In this document: one piece after another, positions 37,252 through 50,409 of the stretch
Layout: each line of letters starts with the position of its first letter
How positions within the stretch are numbered: the stretch's first letter is position 1
Source of the DNA: Octopus sinensis
Lineage: Eukaryota
NCBI RefSeq assembly: GCF_006345805.1
Contig: NC_043007.1
Coordinates: forward strand, 69,006,001 to 69,070,000
DNA: 64,000 bases
Direction of reading: 5' to 3'
The notes under the pieces: model-generated
Seen by the model: the letters and a program-made list of their open reading frames with translations, nothing else
Databases searched by the model: none
What the model was told of the DNA's origin: nothing
Made by a program: the position numbers and the translations under genes

Positions 37252-40193
37252 CGTGTCAGTGACACGTAAAAAGCAGCAACCGATCGAAAGATATAAATAT
37301 ATATATGTACCTTTACTCCTCTAGTGGTATTTTAACAACTTTATCATGGGGTGAGGGAATAGAATTAAAGAAAACACAATTCAAGGTAGAATAGGTGTTA
37401 AAATTGCTCACAAGGAACCAATCTTAATCTGAAGAGAACAATTTCTAGAAAGCAAGCCTGATAGTTATTAGTGTTAGAAGTGGTTCTATAATTTTAAGGA
37501 ATTATTTGTTTATTTTGTTGATAGGCTTGTGTGGCTGTATGATTTAGAACCTTTTCTTCTCAACTACGTGCTCTTTGGTTCAGGCCCACTATGTGGTACT
37601 TTCAGTGTCTTCTCCTGGAGTCCCAGGTCAACTACTGCCTTTTGAATGGTTGTATTAAACAGAAACTGATAGAAGCCTACCATCTATATATATATATGTG
37701 TGTGTGTGTACATTTTTGTTGGGTACCTTTATCTTGACATCATGCGATGGTAATAAACCGGCATCACTATCATGCAACCAGTGTCCTTTCCAAATTCATG
37801 GAAATGTGTCTGGTCTCGGAGAAGTATTACTTTACTTGGACACGGTGAGGGTTGAATAAAGGAAGGGCATATGACTGTAAGAAATCTACCTCAACAAATC
37901 CTGTATGACCCGTGGAAAAATGGACATTAAAGTGAAGATCATATATATCATCATCATCATCATTTTAACATCGGCTTTTCCATGATACACACACACATCA
38001 TTTGTACATCTGCTTTACATTGCACAAATCTGTCCTGATCAAGAAGCTTCTCTGTCAGGGAAGGCATGGTCTAACATGGAATAAACAAAAATTTATGTAA
38101 GACATTTTATTGTAAAAATTGCCTGGTAACAACGAGCTATTCAGCTAGTTGATATATATGGTGCATGTGTGGCTGTGTGGTAAGAAGCTTGTTTCCCAAC
38201 CACATGATTCCAGGTTCGGTCCCACTGTGTGGCACCTTAGGCAAATGTCTTCTACTGTAGCCCTGGGCCAACCAAAGCCTTGTGAATGGATTTGGTAGAT
38301 GGAAACTGAAAGAAGGCCATCATATATATATATATATATATATGATGTGTGTGTTTGTATTGACAGCTCGACAATAGATACTGGTGTGCTTATGTCCATG
38401 TAACTTTGTATTTCAGCAAAAGAAACCAATAGAAAAGTACCAGGCTTAACAAAAATAAGTACTGGTGTCAATTCATTCAACTAAAAAAAAAAGGGAAATA
38501 TTGTTCAAGGCGATGCCCCAGCATGGCCGCAGTCTAATGACTGAAACAAGTAAAAGATAAAAGTTACACACACACATCAAACAGTAGACAGCTGTGTTTC
38601 TTGACATGAATCATATGACTTAAGCAGATAGCAAGCTAGACTGAGTCCTAAAAATAACACCATTTACACAGTCATATTGATTACTACAAATGTCAACATA
38701 ATCATATTGTCTCTTGCAGATGTCACCATTAACTCAGTATTGGAGCATTGTGTCATTTCAGTCATTCATAAAACTTACTCAGTGTATCTTTATAATAGTG
38801 GTAACTTATATATTACTTCACAATAGAGTTACCTTGTATATTACTTCTGTATTATTAGTTGGTTAAAGTAACCTAAAATAGATGAAAACTTGGACTTATT
38901 AGTTCCCTGGTCTTACTGCCTGATACATACTACATCACCTTTACTGACTGTCACTTCATGAGTTATTTTTTTATTCCTCTCACTCATCTCCATGTGTGTG
39001 TCATGATCATCATTTAACGTCTGTCTTCCATGCTGGCATAGGTTGGACAGTTTGAAATGAGCTGGCAAGCCAGAGAGCTGCACCAGGGTCCATTGCCTGC
39101 TTTAGCACAGTTTTTTACAGTTTGATGCCTTTACTAATGCCATCCACTTTACAGAGTGTACTGGGTGCTTTTTATGTGGCACCAGCATTGGTGCTTTCTA
39201 CCTGATACCAACACCAGTGGGGTTGCCATGAAACTTGTGAGACAAAGACCTCTCAGCTGGAAGAGGAAGTGGGACCTAGGGAAATGGCTTTGTGCCAGGT
39301 GAGAGGTTAGAATATTATAGAGGAATAGAGATAGGTCTCTTATCGAGGAAATACTTGGCTACCCCAGTAGGGGAAGAAAAGAGAGATAGTCAGTCAGTGA
39401 GAGAGAGAAAAATTGATGGTGTTGGTCCTATCCACAGGGTATGAAGGGGATATTAAAGAACTACAGACTTGTTACTTAACTCTGAGTAGATCTCTGATTA
39501 AAAATATTCCATACATGACCATTGGGTAGATTGTGTGTTTAGATATATTATTGGATGGCAATTGCATAGAATGCGTAATTGGTAACATGTGGTATGGGTT
39601 ACAGAATCGGATGCTCTTATGTTAGACTATTGTTTTAGTCATTGTTATTGATTGATAATTAGTCAGAGGATGTTGGACTGTGTGGCTTGTTATTTATATT
39701 AACTTGATCATTGTATTGTATGCTGTTACAGTTTAGTACCTTGCTGAGAAAGTTCTCGCACGTGGCTACGAGAAAGTTGTTATTGTAGGACTAAGACACC
39801 TAAGTGAACAGTACATTGCATTCCCTAATAGGATTTCGGTTCTCCGTTGGAACTACTTTCATTTCCTCTCGTGATCTTTGTAGAAAAGGGTTTGAATATT
39901 CAACAGTAGTTAGCATTGCCGAATTTACTGTTAGTCTGATGTTTAATATTAAAAAGTCCTACTAAGGCAGCGAGCTGGCAGAATCGTTAGCACACCGGGC
40001 AAAATTCTTCGCGGCATTTCGTTTGTCTTTACGCTCTGAGTTCAAATTCCTCCGAGGTTGACTTTGCATTTTATCCTTTCGGCGTCGATGAAATAAGTAC
40101 CAGTTGAGCACTTACCTCCTTCCCCGAACTTGCTGGCCTTATGCCAAGTTTTGAAACCAATATCAAAATGTCCTGTTAATTTGTTCGCTTCAG

Positions 40194-40304
40194 GATGATC
40201 TTAACGAGGTATCTTTGGAAGGGGAGATGACTGTACCTTTAACAGCCGGTGATGGAAACGATGATGAGTTATCTACCTTAGATGAGCCTGTAAAAGACAC
40301 TGTG
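40194..40304 (+). CDS. YIPF6: YIPF6 coding exon 2 (DDLNEVSLEGEMTVPLTAGDGNDDELSTLDEPVKDTV)
   Basis: ttcgcttcag acceptor, gtgagt donor, 111 nt; matches the YIPF6 motifs 'VEGEITIP' and 'STLxExVxxT'. Confidence 0.95.
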
Positions 40305-40596
40305 GTGAGTTTGCTTTTGTTACTCGTATGCTTGTGTGATGTGTTTTTTGTTTTCAGTTGAGCGTTGGAAATTATTTATTACCGAATATTTGTTGAACGC
40401 ACCATTTGATGTGAAGTAAATGATATTTATAAAACTCCTGATTTTATATTTATCCATATAATATTCAACATTATATATTGATACGTTTGTTAGTTTTGTA
40501 TATCTATATATTTGTCAACATTATATAGCTATATAGTTATCAACGTTTATAGACGTATATATTTCCAACATTACACCTGTGTATGTCAGTATCATG

Positions 40597-40639
<43 letters not shown>

Positions 40640-40925
40640 CATTATATATATTTTTATGTATATCAACATACCTCTACTTGTCAATATTATATATCAACAG
40701 TATGTAAAAATATTAGCTTTGTGTCAAAATTTGAAATCAAGATAATATATATCTATAAATGTCAGTATTATATATATCTGTGTCTCTAAACATGTGTATA
40801 TAAATATATATATATATATATATAATATATATATATGTGTGGTAGCTTTATATCGATGTCAATATTATATATGAATCTCTAGATTATCTATCTATATCTG
40901 TCAATAATCTCCTTCCATATTTCAG

Positions 40926-41004
40926 CTTCGTGACCTGAAAGCTGTAGGAATTAAATTCTTCCATGTTCTCTATCCAAAACAGAGTACTGTCTTGCTACGA
41001 GAAT
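40926..41004 (+). CDS. YIPF6: YIPF6 coding exon 3 (LRDLKAVGIKFFHVLYPKQSTVLLRE)
   Basis: ttcag/gtaagt; matches YIPF6 'RDLKAVGKKFMHVLYP...LLRD'. Confidence 0.97.
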
Positions 41005-41845
41005 GTAAGTATTTCCATCCATCATTAGTCATCATTATGACCATCATTCACTTCATCCTCAAATTCTAATTCATCTTACAATTAATCACTCTAAATTCCA
41101 TTGCCATGAGTCATTAGTCATTATTATAATGGTCATTCATTTCATTCCAATATTCTTATGAATCTTACAGTTTGTCAATCATTCTTAATTTTTCCCTGAA
41201 TCATTAGTCATAGGTATTATTGTAATTGTTTTTATCATCATCGTTTTAATGTTCGCTTTTCAATACATGCATGGATCAGACATGATTCATTGCAGCAGAT
41301 TTTCTATGGCCAGATGCCCTTCCTGTTGCCAACCCTCACTATTTTCACAGTAAGGTAATATTTCCACTTGGCCAGTCACGTTTTCACAAAAGACTGAAAA
41401 CAAATGACCCTGTTTGTACGAGGGTTTCACTCACTAACAACTATTGCATGATGTCTGCACAGAGCGGCACACATGTATGTATGACAGGCTTCTTTCAGTT
41501 TCCATTTGCTAGATCCACTCACAAGGTGCAAAGTAGTGGGTCTGAACCTAAAACCCTGTGGTTGGGAAATGAACTAGCTACTCAACTATACAACCATGCT
41601 TGCACTTAAATTAAACTTTTTCAAATCAATTTTACAATTAAACTCTGTAATTTCTGTTTCCTTGAGTCATTAGTCATTATGAAAATTATCAGTCTCTTTA
41701 ACTCCTAATTCTAATTAATCTTACAATTAATCACTGTAAATTTTATTTCCATGAGTCATTATTCATAATGGTCATTTTCTTTTTCTGGAAATTCTAATTG
41801 ATCTATTGATTAATTAATCACTATAATTTTTGTTTCTAATTGCAG
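41005..41845 (+). repeat. Intron 3 composed of degenerate tandem units of about 89 bp, interrupted by SINE fragments
   Basis: TCATTA(G/T)TCA anchors at 41022, 41111, 41201, 41667, 41756. Confidence 0.75.
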
Positions 41846-41888
41846 GGGATTTGTGGGGTCCTCTCATTTTATGTGTATACTTGGCTTT
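41846..41888 (+). CDS. YIPF6: YIPF6 coding exon 4 (WDLWGPLILCVYLAL)
   Basis: tgcag/gtaagt; Yip1-family signature DLWGPL; phases fit the neighbouring exons. Confidence 0.97.
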
Positions 41889-42068
41889 GTAAGTATGCTT
41901 GCACTCATATCTATGATAAAACTTTTCCAATGATGTATGTATATATGTTTGTATGTGTATGTCTATACTTTTTTATGTATTTGTGGAGTGTATGTATGGT
42001 AGTACATCTGTATGCATTGTATGTTTTTATCTATTTTTTACATTCGTGTGTCTGTATGCATATATATA

Positions 42069-42117
<49 letters not shown>

Positions 42118-43866
42118 TGTGTGAGTGTGTCTGCATGTTTATACATCTGCATGTGTGTGTATATATATATATATATATGTTTCTAAATGTCTGTATATCT
42201 ATAGGTGAGTGTATTTGTATACATACACTAGTGTAGAACAAAATAATGAAATGTCCATTTTATTATTTAATATGGTATTGGTTCACCTTTGGCATCAGTC
42301 ACAATTTTAATAGATTGAGGTTCTAAACGTTTATTTGAGGAATTTTGTGCTGCTCTTTCGGCAACAATGGCAGAGGGAAGTGGTTCCTCTCACTGCTCCA
42401 AAATGTACTGCTACTTCACTTTTCTGCACTTTCTATGAATTTTGAATAAGATTAGCTGTGTGAATCAGCTCATTATTATCCTAGACTATTGTACTGCCAT
42501 CAGCAATTATAAGATAGTCCTGTTCTGTCAAAATACTCAGACAATGTTTAATGTCAACTCCACTTCATAGAACAATAAAAGGACCAAGAAAATTCCATTA
42601 TATGGCTGCCCAAATCACAGAGCCACTTCCGTTCTTCACAGTTATGACTAGTCTTCCATGTGAAACTTGTCTGGTCTATGAGGTGGAGCATTATCTTGCT
42701 TGGAAACAAGTGAAGATTGGTGACAGAAAAGGCAACTAGCTATAGAAAATCTTCCTCAACAAATTCTGTTGAACCAGTGTAAGCATAGGAAAGTGGACGT
42801 TATGATGCTAATGATAAGCAGTGATATATGCAGTATAAAAATAAGGTCAACTTCATAATTGAGTTATATATAATTATATATGAAAATTGATATACCATAA
42901 TATTAGAATACATGCAACACTAATGTTAAAATATGTATAGCATCAAGTTTGGAATAAGTGTAATGGCAAAATTGAAATAATGGTAACAATATAATCGTCA
43001 TCATCAGTTTTTTAAATCCAGGTTTTGTCCATGTTAACAGGGGTGGTTGGATCTACCTCAGTGCCACAGCAACCACAGTAGGCAGATGCAGCCCACCCCA
43101 ACCATCAGGCTGGCTGGTGCCCGTTCTCCTTTGCTATCATGAGGCTTTTTTGGAGCTGGATTTTCTATGGGGAGCATGCCCTTGCTTACCCCCAACTTCA
43201 TTTTCTAGACAAGCGTGGTCCGAAGACCAAGACCTCTACCACAGTTTTTAGGAAATGTGGTAGAAAGCTAGCTCAGGAAGGCAGGGATGCTACTCCCTGA
43301 GACCCCTTTCGGAGCCCCCTACCCAATTTAAATCATCATCATCATTTAAATGTCCACTCTTCCATGCATGCATGGGCTTGATGGAGTTTATTAAAACAGT
43401 TTTTCTCTGACTGGATCTCCCTCCCTATAACCAATCCTCACCTATTTCCTAGCAAGGTAATACTTCCCCATGGCCAGACATGTTTTAGTAGAATGTTGGG
43501 AATGAATAACGCTAATTGTATGATAATGACACTCATTTATAAGTATCACACAGTGTCAAGAAGAGGACACAAACACACACACACAATGTTGACCTTCCTA
43601 TCAGTTTCCGTCTACAAAATCCACTCACAAAACTTTGGTCAAACAATCACTATAGTAGAGGAGCCTTGACCAAGGTGCCATAGAGTGGGACAGAACCTGA
43701 ATGTATGTGGTTGGGGAGCACCCACTATTGAAACATGTAACACCAAGATTGAAATAAATGTGATACCACAATGCAGTAATTAACAGAAAATTTTAATTGA
43801 TTATTAAACAAATAGATAGTCATTAACATAAAAGAAGACTTTGTTCATATGTATATTTCATTTCAG

Positions 43867-43998
43867 GATGCTTCAGAGTTCACCACAACACCTTGACCAG
43901 CAGTTATCTGGTGGACCAGAATTTTCTGAGGTGTTTGTCATATTTTGGGTTGGATCTGTAGTTGTAACTCTAAATTCTAAACTACTTGGTGGAAATAT
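43867..43998 (+). CDS. YIPF6: YIPF6 coding exon 5 (MLQSS...GGPEFSEVFVIFWVGSVVVTLNSKLLGGN)
   Basis: ttcag/gtaagt; matches YIPF6 'GGPQFAEVFVIVWFG...TLNSKLLGGNI'. Confidence 0.97.
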
Positions 43999-44062
43999 GT
44001 AAGTATTATACTGTATATATTGCATTTATATGAGTCTGTGGTGTGTATGTAGATTTTAGTGA

Positions 44063-44107
<45 letters not shown>

Positions 44108-44126
44108 TACTTAGTAGAAACACAAG

Positions 44127-45588
44127 CACTGAACCACAAAAGAGAGATGTGAGATGTGTGTGACTGAAATATGTTTTAATTTCATTACGTCAGAGATAAA
44201 TTTTGATAAATCTGATAAGGTCAATTTCTTGGATGCTCTTTGACCACAGTCTATGGATCATTGTCGTGTTCTGGTAGTGGGCAGTATGACATGTTCAATA
44301 CGATGTATGCCCTCCCTGTGTGTTCAAAACGGCCATACATCATTGGAGCATGGACTGCATGAGGTGGCTCACAAAAGCCATTGGCACCTGTACCCACACC
44401 CTGAAGAAAACTGCCTCCAGTTCCACACATGTTGGCCTTGGGACCACCTGGTTCCATCCCACAGGTGTTCAATTGGGTTCAGATCCAGGCTGAGAGCCAG
44501 CCACAGCATGGTTCTGATGTTATGCTAATGCAGGGTGTCCATGGTGACCTTGGCTGTGTGGGAGGGAGCATTGTACTAATGGAATACATTGCTATGGTGA
44601 CACATGAAGAAAGGCACGATGTGAGGTCTTAGGATCTGGCCAGTGTAGCACTATGCTGTGATGCCATTCTTTCTGCCTGCGCCAACATTTTGGAACATAA
44701 GGGGACCAATTCTCTGATTCAGGCCTATAGCACCCCAAACATGATGCTTTGGCCACCCCATACATCTCCATGACACATGCATCTCTGTAGTGTTCACTCT
44801 TCCTATGCCACACCTTCACTCTGCCAGCCGAGGTGGAAACGCAATACTGGCTCTCGTCAGAGAAGACTATCGACCTCCATTGTTGATACTGCCAATGTCG
44901 GTGCTGTGTAACCCACTGTAGTCATGCATGATGGTAGTGAGGACAGGCCCTCAAGCACGATGACAGCAACGCAGGTTGTTGGCGGCAAGTTGACATTGTA
45001 CCATGTCATTACTGATGGGTCGCTGTCCAGTTCCAATGGGTTCATGAGCTGTTTATTCTGACCAGTCTGAAGCGATCACAGAGGTTTTGCAGGTGGATCC
45101 TGCCTGGATATGATCCCCCAGGGGCGCCCTCTGTGGACATGATCTGCACTGTTGTTGGTGTTGTTGGATCATTGTTGCAGGCAGTAGATGGTACTGTCAT
45201 GGACATAACCAGGGCATGCTCTCCTGCTTGCAATCAGTTGATAGCTTATTGTCTCTGCACTGCTGACAAATGGGTCATACATGATGTGTCCAAATTACAA
45301 ATGCCAGGAACACGGTTCAAGTTGATTTTTATACCCATAACCTCCACAAGATGCATGTGCATTTTGGTTTTCATGACAGTTGTTTGCGACTGCCACCCAC
45401 GGCATTCAACGCAGCTGCATTTTGGCATCTCGTTTCAGGGAAAGTTGAAAGGTTACCTGCAATTTTGGTCTCAGCCATAAACCAGCATCTTTTGGAATAT
45501 TTACACTTACATTCCTGAAATAAATTTTCACAATTTAGCATATAAAAATGACATTTGAAAAAAATTGTGTTTCTTTTGTGGTTCAGTG
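44127..45588 (-). mobile_element. Degenerate Tc1-like transposon (D,D34E type) in YIPF6 intron 5
   Basis: TIR CACTGAACCACAAAAGA at both ends, right TA; remnants 'WRSIVFSDES', 'NAPSHTA', 'SLDLNPIEHLWD'. Confidence 0.85.
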
Positions 45589-45909
45589 TATTTCTTCATG
45601 GATTGAAAAAATGGTGAATAGCCTTAACTGGTTTTCAAACCAAGTGCTGATCACTTAAAGTGGGTGGAAGTTGTGGTAGAGGGAGACCCAGGAAGACATG
45701 GGACAAAGTATTGAAGGCTGATCTCAAAACACTGAGCCTTACAGAGGAGATAACAATGGACCGAGATATATGGTATGATCCAACCTGAGGTTATAATAAA
45801 GGGTATTTTCCCCGTGATGCCACATATTGGGACTGAACCCGAGAACTTGTGATTGCATAGTGGATGTCTTAATCATTCAACCTTACTGCATCTACTTTGT
45901 ATTTATATA

Positions 45910-46542
45910 TGAAGCGGTACTGAAAAGTTCCTGGCTATGGGTAAAATAAAATACAAGAGGATCAGTTAATTATGATTGTATTCAACATATTCTCATCTCA
46001 GATTCACACACTTATTGCAGCAGTCCTTCATTTTTATCTAAGCCCTGTAAAAAGAAACTGGGAGATTGGGCCTCTAACCAGGCCTTTTGCAATACCCTTA
46101 AAGCTAGGTAGTTTTCAGCCCCCACCTTCCATATATATATACTCCAGACAATTTTTACTGCCCAGCGAAGAGTCCACAGAATTGCCCATCAGAAGAATTC
46201 ACAGAGCAACTAACAACTAATTGTAGTTGCAGATGTTAGATACTAATCATTGCGGTTAGCAATTAACTAGAACTTAACTGGGAGCTAATATGGTATCTGC
46301 TCAGATAATATATCCCTCCAAAATCACTTTTATACACACACACACAAGGGGGTGCTGAAAAGTTCCTAACTGTGGGTAAAAAAAAAAATACAGGGGAGTC
46401 AGTTAATGATTTTATCCAACATATTCCCCTCTCTGATTCACACATTTATTGCAGTGCTCCTTCAGTTTTTCTAAGCCCTGTAAAAAGAATTTGGAAGGTT
46501 GGGCGATATCCTTAAAGCCAGGAACTTTTCACCACCTCTTTG
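45910..46542. mobile_element. Two mariner-derived MITE copies of about 200 bp (45910-46130, 46345-46542)
   Basis: TIR ..G(G)TGCTGAAAAGTTCCTGGCT / AGCCAGGAACTTTTCA..; internal homology between copies. Confidence 0.7.
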
Positions 46543-46665
46543 TATGTGTGCTGAACAGATTAATGAATCTAGTGCTGTATAACATGTTATCCTATTCAAT
46601 TGTGTTGATTGAGTTATTGGAAAGATAGCTTATTGATTTGACATCATCTTCTTGAATTCTTTCAG

Positions 46666-46823
46666 ATCATTCTTCCAAAGTGTCTGTGTTCTTGGCTACT
46701 GTGTCACACCACTTGCCATTGCACTTACAATTTGCCGTTTGATTCTCCTTGCTCATCAGACAACAGCTCTCTTCGTCGTTCGCTTTTGTATTATTTTCCT
46801 TTCCTTCGGATGGTCTACATTTG
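46666..46823 (+). CDS. YIPF6: YIPF6 coding exon 6 (SFFQSVCVLGYCVTPL...FGWSTF)
   Basis: ttcag/gtaagt; matches 'SFFQSLCVLGYC.LPL'. Confidence 0.97.
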
Positions 46824-47371
46824 GTAAGTTCTTTCATCTTTTAATTATTTCTCTTTGTTTTTAAACAGGAAATAATATCTGAAATTAAGGCATTGGATCA
46901 CTGACCAAATATGTGGTCAACAATGGAAATCTGTTATAGCTTCTGTGTTGTGCCCTGTGACAAGGCCCAAAAACTTGCTGGCCACAGTCCTTCTGGTTGA
47001 CAACAAGTGTCATTTCTGCTTTATGCTTTACTAACTAGATGCATGACATTCAGCTGTAGAAGAAAATATAATTTTTTTACTGCATGTAATATGCAACATT
47101 CGGTAAATCTTTCCTTTAAATTCATCAGGCATAGGCATTCACCATCTGTTGGTGAATGCTTTTTAATCATACATTTTAAATTTACATGTTACATTTTTCC
47201 TTTAAGATTTCTATTTCATTCACTGTTATATACCATTATCATTTAACATCCATTTTCCATGCTGGCATGGGTTGGATGGCTTGAGAAGCTGGCAAGCCAG
47301 TGGACTGCACCAAGTTCCACTCTCTGTTTTGACATTATAGCTGGATGCCTTTCCTAATGCCAACCACTTTA

Positions 47372-48662
47372 CGAGGGGCGTTCAATAAGTAATGCCCCTG
47401 ACCCACTTCCCATAGCAGTAGAGCAACGAAACTTGGCACAGTTATTAGTCTTTTTCTACATATGAACCACCCAGAGTTACGCATTTCTCCCATTGTTTGA
47501 TGCAGCTCTGAAGACCGTTTTTGTAGAAGACCCCAGCTTGGTCCTCCAACTACGACGTGACTTCAGAAATCAAGGCTGCATCATCTGGGAAACGCTTTCC
47601 TTTCAAAAACAACTTCATGGCTGGGAAGAGGTGAAAATCAGAGGGTGCAGGTCAGGAGAGTAGGGGGGATGGGGGATGAGTTCATAGCCACACACCTGTG
47701 CTTCTGATCTGGCGACACGTGAGTTGTGGATCGGAGCGTTGTCTTGCAGGAGGAGGATGCCTTTGCTGATCTTGCCCCGCCTCTTGATTTTGATAGCTTC
47801 TCTTAATTTCCTCAAAAGTGAAGCATAATAGGCTCCTGTAATTGTGGCACCTTTTGCCAGGAAATCTGTCATCACTACTCCGTCCTGGTCCCAGAAGACT
47901 GTGAGCATGACCTTGCCAGCGGAGGGCTGCACCCTTGCCTTCTTTGGAGGAGGTGAGTCACGGTGCTTCCACTGCATTGACTGGGCTTTGGTCTCTGGAT
48001 CATAGTGATGGACCCAGGTTTCATCCTGTGTAATCAGTCTTTTGAAAAATTTTGACTCATCTTCTTGGCACATCTTCAAATTCATCCTCGTGCAATCAAT
48101 GCGTTCTTGCTTCTGGAAAGGTGTGAGCAACCTGGGAATCCATCTGGCAGACACCTTTTGCATATGCAAATGGTCATGAATGATAGTTTCCACAGACCCG
48201 GTACTAATCTTGACCTCATGGGCTATTTGGCGAATAGTTATGCGTCGATCTTCCAAAATGGCAGCCTCAACTTGACGGACAGATGCCCCATCAATGGCAG
48301 AAGGGGGCGACCAGATCTGGGAGCTGTTTCCACAAAGTTCCGACCATGTTTGAATTCACGATGCCAGCGTTTTACAAGGTCATATGATGGGGCATCATCA
48401 CCATAAGTTACTTTTATTTCATCAAAAGTCTCCCGTTGTGTGCGTCCTTTCAAATACAAAAACCGCATCACTGCTCGACACTCAACAGGCTCCATGTCAC
48501 ACTTGACTCAGTTCAAACACCTGTAAATCAGAAACCACAATTAGTTCAGAGCTGTAATTTACCACTTAATCCATAGAGATATAAATAATTGCACATGCAA
48601 AATTTCAGCTAGATCAAACAACCACAAGTGGGTCAGAGTCATTACTTATTGAACGTCCCTCG
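47372..48662 (-). mobile_element. Near-full-length mariner (D,D34D, irritans-like), 1291 bp, in YIPF6 intron 6
   Basis: TA TSDs; TIR CGAGGGGCGTTCAATAAGTAATG; transposase with 'WIPRLL', 'ITQDETW', 'LLQDNAP', 'YSPDL(A)PSD'; two frameshifts and one stop. Confidence 0.97.
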
Positions 48663-48867
48663 TATAGATTGGACTAGGTGCTTTTCACATGGCAGCAGCA
48701 CTGGCAAGGTCTGTTTTGGTATGAGTTTTATGACTGGATGCTCTTTCTAATGCCAACCATTTTACAGAGGGGACTGGGTGCTTTTTATGTGACACCTGCA
48801 CTGGCGAAGTCTGCTTTGGCATGGTTTTTTTACAGCTGTATATTTATATATCTCTTTGTCTTTTCAG

Positions 48868-48983
48868 CTGCCACTGCCTTCTTGGGAGATAGCCAATCAG
48901 ACAGGAGGAAAGTACTTGCCATGTATCCCATATTTCTGTTTTACTTTATCATCAGCTGGTTGGCTGTTTCACACACAAGCTAA
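48868..48983 (+). CDS. YIPF6: YIPF6 last coding exon (ATAFLGDSQSDRRKVLAMYPIFLFYFIISWLAVSHTS*)
   Basis: ttttcag acceptor; matches 'AFLADSQP..RRALAVYPVFLFYFVISW'; spliced CDS is 669 nt = 222 aa plus stop. Confidence 0.97.
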
Positions 48984-49643
48984 TGGATACTACAACTACT
49001 ACTTCTGAGAGAATCAGACACAAGCAGAGACTATTTTACTGAAAATGCTTCATCGTCCTTTGACATCAGGAATATGAATATTATGTGTCACATCTGTGTT
49101 TCTTCTCACCAGTGTCATACTGGTCTGGAAAAGAACAAGAGCCTATGCCTAAATATTGATCCAAAATGTTCAATATTTCTGTCAGTTGCTTGTAAGAGCC
49201 TGGGAGATTTTGGTATCATATTTTTTTTCTTTACTCAAAGCATACAACTGACTTCTTATATATAGTTTGTTATGTTTAATCATAGCAAACATTGTTCTGG
49301 GGCCTGACTTTTGTAACATAGGAATGCCTGAACTTTTATGGTCATGTATTACTGCTCAAAACCATTCCATCTTATATACATATAAAACACATAAATATGA
49401 AATATAACATACATACATGTATTGGTATAATATATGTAACACATACACACATATATGTATAATGCACACGCATGCACTATATATATATAAAATATTTATA
49501 TATGTAATAATATATAATTTACTATTTATCTTCTTTAACTATATATATATATAACATATATATATAAATATTGTATATATAACTACATATGTATATAAAA
49601 CAATACATTATATGATTGTTTATCTTTTAATATTTATTTCATA

Positions 49644-49942
49644 CTAGCAGTATTGCCCGGCGTTGCTCGGGTTTGTAAGGGAAATAACTATATAAGCATT
49701 TTTAGAGAGTGACTTCCCTTATATAACCCGAGCAAAAATCATTAAAAATGCGGAAAAATGATGGTAAATTTTTTTTTAAATCGTAGGCTCATCGTAGACG
49801 CACGCTAATACCCAGATATGAATGACAACTATAAGATACCTGCTTTTGGTTAAACTGCACCACAAAAACGTGGGAGTAATTAGGAATCTAAATCGGAGGA
49901 GACAGAATCTCACACACACAACTTCAATTTTATATATAAAGA
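49644..49942 (-). mobile_element. Short non-autonomous Helitron (299 bp)
   Basis: Minus strand A|TCTTTATATATAAA...hairpin CCCGAGCAACGCCGGG...CTAG|T. Confidence 0.9.
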
Positions 49943-50409
49943 TATTTAAATTGTAATGGATTATTAAAAAGAATATATGCACATACACACATGCATATAT
50001 ATGTGTGCCTACACTATATATTCTGTATATTTGGTAGTGGTAGAGGGAGGGGCATTACAAATTCTGCTCATTTTCATTCAAGAGTTCCTATAGGAATTCA
50101 GTAATTTCTGCTGCTGTGAAGCTTGACAAGTCTAACATTTCAGCCCTTTTTGCTGAAGAACCTTGAGAAACTGTTACCACTGTGGTTGCTTGCTAGAACA
50201 AAAATAAAACCAACGCACCATTTGTTGCACCTCTTCTCACAAAAGTTAAAATTTCTCAAATTCTTCTGTAAACTAATGGCTATCGAGGTATAGGAAGCAC
50301 CAGTTTCCTTGAATTCAAGCTCTTCACCTCACTTTCATTTGGTTTATTTAATCAGCTAATTAGGATAGAATATTCTCAAATTGGTAAGTTTTATTTTACT
50401 ATATTATCA

